Shown in pieces: positions 60,176 to 64,000 of a stretch of DNA of 64,000 bases (its first letter is position 1; every line of letters starts with the position of its first letter). The stretch is from a virus. Taxonomy: Duplodnaviria; Caudoviricetes. The position numbers and the translations under genes are program-made. The notes under the pieces were generated by a model. It saw nothing but the letters and a program-made list of their open reading frames with translations, was not told the DNA's origin and did not search any database. The stretch spans positions 1 through 64,000 of the IMG/VR virus record IMGVR_UViG_3300028887_000085; one strand, written 5' to 3'.

Positions 60176-60862
60176 TCATTTCAGGTTTTGCAGCGCTTGA
60201 TATAGAACAGCAGAGTACATTGATACGCTGTCTGGGCTTAACTTGGATAGCTCATACAAACGGAGTGCCGCCTTTGCAGCTTCTGGAGGAAACTGAGATG
60301 CAAGCTCTTGCAGCCGCACAGCGGGACTAGCGTTGTCCGGACGGTCGAAGGCCAACTCATACGCGCCGATCAAATCATTAAGAGACTTCCCCAGCAGCGC
60401 GGCCATCTCTGTTATCTGGTCTTTTGACACCTGATATTTCCCGTCAAGAAACAGCTCTACTTCTTCTTCTGAAAGCCCCGTCTTTTCGTTGCTCAAATAA
60501 GCTGGAGCTTTTGCATTATTAGCCAAAGCATTTCTAAACTGATGACCAATTACTCTCCATTCTGCGGTTGTCAGCCCGTAGCGCCCGCTCCCTTCTTCGG
60601 GGGCGGGCGTTTTTGTTTCTTCACCCATGCTTGGGTAAATATCTGCAACCTGCTTTCCCAAATAAGCAGCAATCATTTGCAGACGATCAAGCGGCGGTCT
60701 TCTTACTCCGTTTGCCCATTTTCCGACCGAACCGTTTCCAAACCCAAGATCCGCTTCCATAAGAGTTATGGATTTCCCCATCCCATGAAGAATCCCCCTT
60801 ATTTTCAAGACACATTCTTTGTTTTCGGCCTGGATTGTTTCCTTGTCTTCCGGCTGCTTCAC
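60176..60862 (-). CDS. cI-like XRE repressor (start uncertain)
   Basis: SITLMEADLGFGNGSVGKW...PPLDRLQMIAAYLG; divergent from cro. Confidence 0.7.
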   Translation of the reverse strand: MKQPEDKETIQAENKECVLKIRGILHGMGKSITLMEADLGFGNGSVGKWANGVRRPPLDRLQMIAAYLGKQVADIYPSMGEETKTPAPEEGSGRYGLTTAEWRVIGHQFRNALANNAKAPAYLSNEKTGLSEEEVELFLDGKYQVSKDQITEMAALLGKSLNDLIGAYELAFDRPDNASPAVRLQELASQFPPEAAKAALRLYELSKLSPDSVSMYSAVLYQALQNLK

Positions 60863-60876
60863 TGGAGCACCCCCAA

Positions 60877-61038
60877 TAGAAAATTTTTGGCAAACATAGA
60901 AACTTTCTATTGACAACCGGGATTTTCGCTAGTATACTAGCGCCATAGGGTAAACAAAACCCAAGCCCCCCTCTGACAGCGGGCCTCAATAGAAAATCTC
61001 TTGTTGTTTCGGCAAAGCAATCATAGAACATTTTCTAT
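60877..61038. promoter_or_regulatory. Lysis-lysogeny switch: rightward promoter and ATAGAA-N-TTCTAT operators
   Basis: TTGACA-17-TATACT near 60910-60938; ATAGAAACTTTCTAT at 60896 and ATAGAACATTTTCTAT at 61023, plus half-sites. Confidence 0.65.
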
Positions 61039-61096
61039 CCGCTGTCAAGAGGGATGGCGATATTCAATATGTCCCAACGGGAAAGGAGGTTATTAC

Positions 61097-61300
61097 TTGG
61101 ATCTTTACCGAATCAAGGAGCTTTGCCTGCGAAACGACCTGACGATTGCAGCGCTTGAAAAACAAACGGGGCTCAGCAACGGAACCATCAGCAAGTGGAA
61201 AGAGTGCAGCCCCCGTGCTGACAACCTCAAGTGCATAGCAGACTACTTCGGCGTGACAATGGACTATCTCATGACGGGGAGGGAGGAAGCAGATGCCTAG
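61097..61300 (+). CDS. Cro-like XRE regulator
   Basis: RBS AAGGAGG with TTG start; TIAALEKQTGLSNGTISKW...IADYFGVTMDYL. Confidence 0.8.
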   Translation: MDLYRIKELCLRNDLTIAALEKQTGLSNGTISKWKECSPRADNLKCIADYFGVTMDYLMTGREEADA

Positions 61301-61487
61301 AGAGAATCCCGATTACCGGGACATCCTTGAGCGGCTGGACAAGGCGTTTCCCAACAAGGAAGTCCTGACAAAAACGGAGACGGCGGCGTGGCTGGGAATT
61401 AGCCTCAAGACGCTGAAGCGCCGGTACAGCCTGCCTCCCGGCTACAACAGCAAGGTCCAGGTCGCAAAGGCGGTGGCGAGCCGCTAA
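61293..61487 (+). CDS. Excisionase-like HTH protein
   Basis: VLTKTETAAWLGISLKTL. Confidence 0.55.
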   Translation: MPRENPDYRDILERLDKAFPNKEVLTKTETAAWLGISLKTLKRRYSLPPGYNSKVQVAKAVASR

Positions 61488-62587
61488 TGGGAGAAACCTA
61501 TTACAGCCGCGTTTATACTGACCGGCCCGAATACGCCGACTTTGATGCTCCTCATAAATTTCAGGCCATACAGGGTATTGTCGCCCGGAGACTCCGGGAA
61601 CACCCAAAGGCGATCTGCTCCTACAGCGGCGGGGCAGACAGCGACATCCTTCTTGACCTGATCGAGCGGACACGGACCATCTTCAAGCTGCCGCCGGTGA
61701 AGTATGTATTCTTCAATACGGGGCTGGAAATGCAGGCGACGAAGGACCACGTTGCGGCGACCTCAGAGAAATACGGCGTGGAAATCGAAACGGTGCGGCC
61801 AAAGGTCAACATCGTCCAGGCTTCCCGGAAGTACGGAATCCCATTTGTCAGCAAGATCATGAGCTATCAACTGGAAGAATGGCAGAAGAAGGACGTCCCC
61901 ATGACCATTGCCGACGAATACAACGCGGCGGAGGACAAGGAAGCAAAGCGGGCGGAGCTGAAGGAACGGTATCCAAAATGCGAAAGCCTCATCAACTTCA
62001 TCTGCTGCTGTAATTCCAAAGGAGAGCCCCGGCCCAACATCCAGCTCGTCATCAATTCCAGCCGGTTCATGCGGGACTTTATCATGGAGAATCCCCCGGA
62101 TTTCCGCATCAGCGCCCAGTGCTGCGACTACTGCAAGAAGCAGGTCGCCCATAGCGTCCAGAAAAATTACGACATGGTAATCACCGGAGAGCGCCGGGAC
62201 GAAGGCGGCATGAGAAGCGTTCCGCGAAAGGACAACACGACCATGTGCTTCACAGAGACCGGCGACGGGAAATTCCGGCTCCGCCCGCTCTTCTACGTCA
62301 GCGACGGAGACAAAGCCTGGTACAAAGAAGAATACGGCATCCGATATTCCGACGCCTACGAGGTCTACGGTCTCTCCAGGACGGGGTGCTGCGGATGCCC
62401 TATCAGCTACCGCGCCGTGGACGACCTGGAACTGATAGGGAAGTACGAACCCAACGTGGCGAAGGCCGCATGGAACATCTTCGGAGCGAGTTACCGTTAC
62501 CGGCAGAAATATGTCGCGTATAAGGCCGAGCGGGACCGGACAGAAAAGGAAGCAAAGAAGGAGGTCGAAGGGCAATTAGCATTTTAG
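61487..62587 (+). CDS. PAPS reductase-family protein
   Basis: SYSGGADS (PP-loop), CCDYCKK, TGERRDEG, RTGCCGCP. Confidence 0.85.
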   Translation: MGETYYSRVYTDRPEYADFDAPHKFQAIQGIVARRLREHPKAICSYSGGADSDILLDLIERTRTIFKLPPVKYVFFNTGLEMQATKDHVAATSEKYGVEIETVRPKVNIVQASRKYGIPFVSKIMSYQLEEWQKKDVPMTIADEYNAAEDKEAKRAELKERYPKCESLINFICCCNSKGEPRPNIQLVINSSRFMRDFIMENPPDFRISAQCCDYCKKQVAHSVQKNYDMVITGERRDEGGMRSVPRKDNTTMCFTETGDGKFRLRPLFYVSDGDKAWYKEEYGIRYSDAYEVYGLSRTGCCGCPISYRAVDDLELIGKYEPNVAKAAWNIFGASYRYRQKYVAYKAERDRTEKEAKKEVEGQLAF

Positions 62588-62690
62588 AAGAAATCGCCGT
62601 AGTCAAGCGGCGCATCCAGGCACTTCAGAAGGAGCTTGCAGATTTGGAAGCCTGTTTAGACGAAGACGAACAGGATGGAGACGACCGCTC

Positions 62691-63269
62691 ATGAGTGCTT
62701 TGATCCCCTTCACCCAAGAGGAACTGGCGGAACTGGCGGAGTTCGACGCGGAGATAGAAAACCAGCACGACTACGACCCGTCTGAAGTAGAAGCCGCACG
62801 CCTCCGCGACCAAAGCATACTCGATGAACGAGCCGAACCGAAGCGCCTGCGGAAGCGGAAAGCGGACAGGGAATACTACCGAAAGAACAAAGAGCGCATC
62901 AACGCACGAAACCGCGAGTATGCCGCCGCCCACGCGGATGAAATCAAGGCGTACAGGCAGCGATACTTCTCCGAACACAAGCCGAACATTATGGAGCGCC
63001 GGAAAGCCTACACAGACGCCAACCGGGAATCCATCGCGGAGTATCAGAGAAGCTACCATCTGCTTCATAAGGACGAGCACAACGCCTACTCCAAACAGTA
63101 TCTCACATACCACAGGGAGGAAAACAAGGCGAGAAGCGCGGAATGGCGGAAAGCGAACCCGGAGCGTAGCAGGGAAATCAAACGTGCCTGGTGGGACAAG
63201 CACAAGGACGAGATCAATGCCAAGCGGCGCGAGAAATACGCGGCGAAGAAATTGGAGGCGACAGCATGA
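62691..63269 (+). CDS. Basic helical-repeat protein
   Basis: About 18-aa repeats of REYY..NKE.I type. Confidence 0.55.
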   Translation: MSALIPFTQEELAELAEFDAEIENQHDYDPSEVEAARLRDQSILDERAEPKRLRKRKADREYYRKNKERINARNREYAAAHADEIKAYRQRYFSEHKPNIMERRKAYTDANRESIAEYQRSYHLLHKDEHNAYSKQYLTYHREENKARSAEWRKANPERSREIKRAWWDKHKDEINAKRREKYAAKKLEATA

Positions 63270-63475
63270 GCGACAAGCAGAGAATCCTCAAGCACCTTCA
63301 GGAAAAGGGAAGCATCACCCCGATGGAAGCGCTGGAGCAATACGGGTGCTACCGGCTGGGGGCCAGAGTGTTCGACCTCCGGCGCGACGGCTATGAGATT
63401 AGCACCACCATCGTCGAGGGAACGGACCGCAACGGCGAACCCATGAAGTACGCCAAATACAGCATGGAAAAATGA
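63266..63475 (+). CDS. Winged-HTH protein
   Basis: ILKHLQEKGSITPMEALEQYGCYRLGARVFDLR. Confidence 0.7.
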   Translation: MSDKQRILKHLQEKGSITPMEALEQYGCYRLGARVFDLRRDGYEISTTIVEGTDRNGEPMKYAKYSMEK

Positions 63476-63577
63476 AAAGCCGCCCGGATGTTGGCGCATC
63501 CGGAGCGGCTGGGGCGAGAAGGTTTGTGAAGCTATCTCGTCTCCTAGAATAACACAGCCAGAAGGGAAATGCAAACC

Positions 63578-64000
63578 ATGCTTAAAAGAATCACATTCCT
63601 GGACCGTGAGAGCTGGCTGGAAGGGCGGCAGCGGCAGGGGATCGGCGCGAGCGAAGCCGCCGCCATATGCGGATTTTCCCAATGGCAGACGAGGACCGAA
63701 CTTTGGGAAATCAAAACCGGACGCCGGGCGCGGAAGGATATCAGCGACAAGGACTATGTGGGGCGCGGACACCTCATGGAGGGCGCGGTGCGGGACTTCT
63801 ACGCCGCCCTGCACCCTGAGCACGAGATCGATCACCACCCCTACGACATCCTCTTCCAAGCCGAAAGACCGTGGCTGTTTGCGACGCTGGACGGAGAGAT
63901 CAAGGAAACCGGATTCAAGAACCCTCCGGAAGGAACCAGACGCATTGAAATTCCCGCAGGCGGGGTGCCGGTTGAAGTTCCGAGGGGAGACACGAAGATC
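63578..64000 (+). CDS. YqaJ/lambda-exonuclease-family recombination nuclease (3' truncated)
   Basis: WLEGRQRQGIGASEAAAICG...LWEIKTG...FATLDGE. Confidence 0.8.
   Translation, partial: MLKRITFLDRESWLEGRQRQGIGASEAAAICGFSQWQTRTELWEIKTGRRARKDISDKDYVGRGHLMEGAVRDFYAALHPEHEIDHHPYDILFQAERPWLFATLDGEIKETGFKNPPEGTRRIEIPAGGVPVEVPRGDTKI

Overview
This 64 kb window is part of a GC-rich temperate siphophage; SigA-type promoters, strong AAGGAG RBSs and an SLH-bearing lysin point to a Clostridia-like host (inference). Layout: (1) 1-18.4 kb, + strand: packaging, head, tail and lysis genes, including a methyltransferase/glycosyltransferase-like pair in the head module, a -1 frameshift tail chaperone, an M14-peptidase tail protein and a CHAP-SLH lysin. 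(2) 18.9-43.1 kb, - strand: about 55-60 small accessory ORFs with 15 co-oriented copies of GGTTACA-N14-GAGAC, at or near gene boundaries, with an invariant 14-nt spacer. (3) 43.35-44.46 kb: a divergent ECF-sigma-like gene behind a consensus SigA promoter that carries palindromic operators, back-to-back with an RHH-like gene. (4) 45.4-57.7 kb, + strand: HNH, a DUF2829/Tad2-like ORF, two tRNAs within a cluster of tRNA-like RNAs, three DNA methyltransferases (one split, with an (AG)10 tract and a slippery site) and a radical SAM gene. (5) 57.8-64 kb: an attP-like site, integrase, cI/cro switch and early genes. The best candidate novel system is a phage-encoded ECF sigma regulon driving the 24 kb accessory region, possibly with RHH feedback and an antisense sRNA. 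All family assignments are from motif recognition by eye; no database searches were run.
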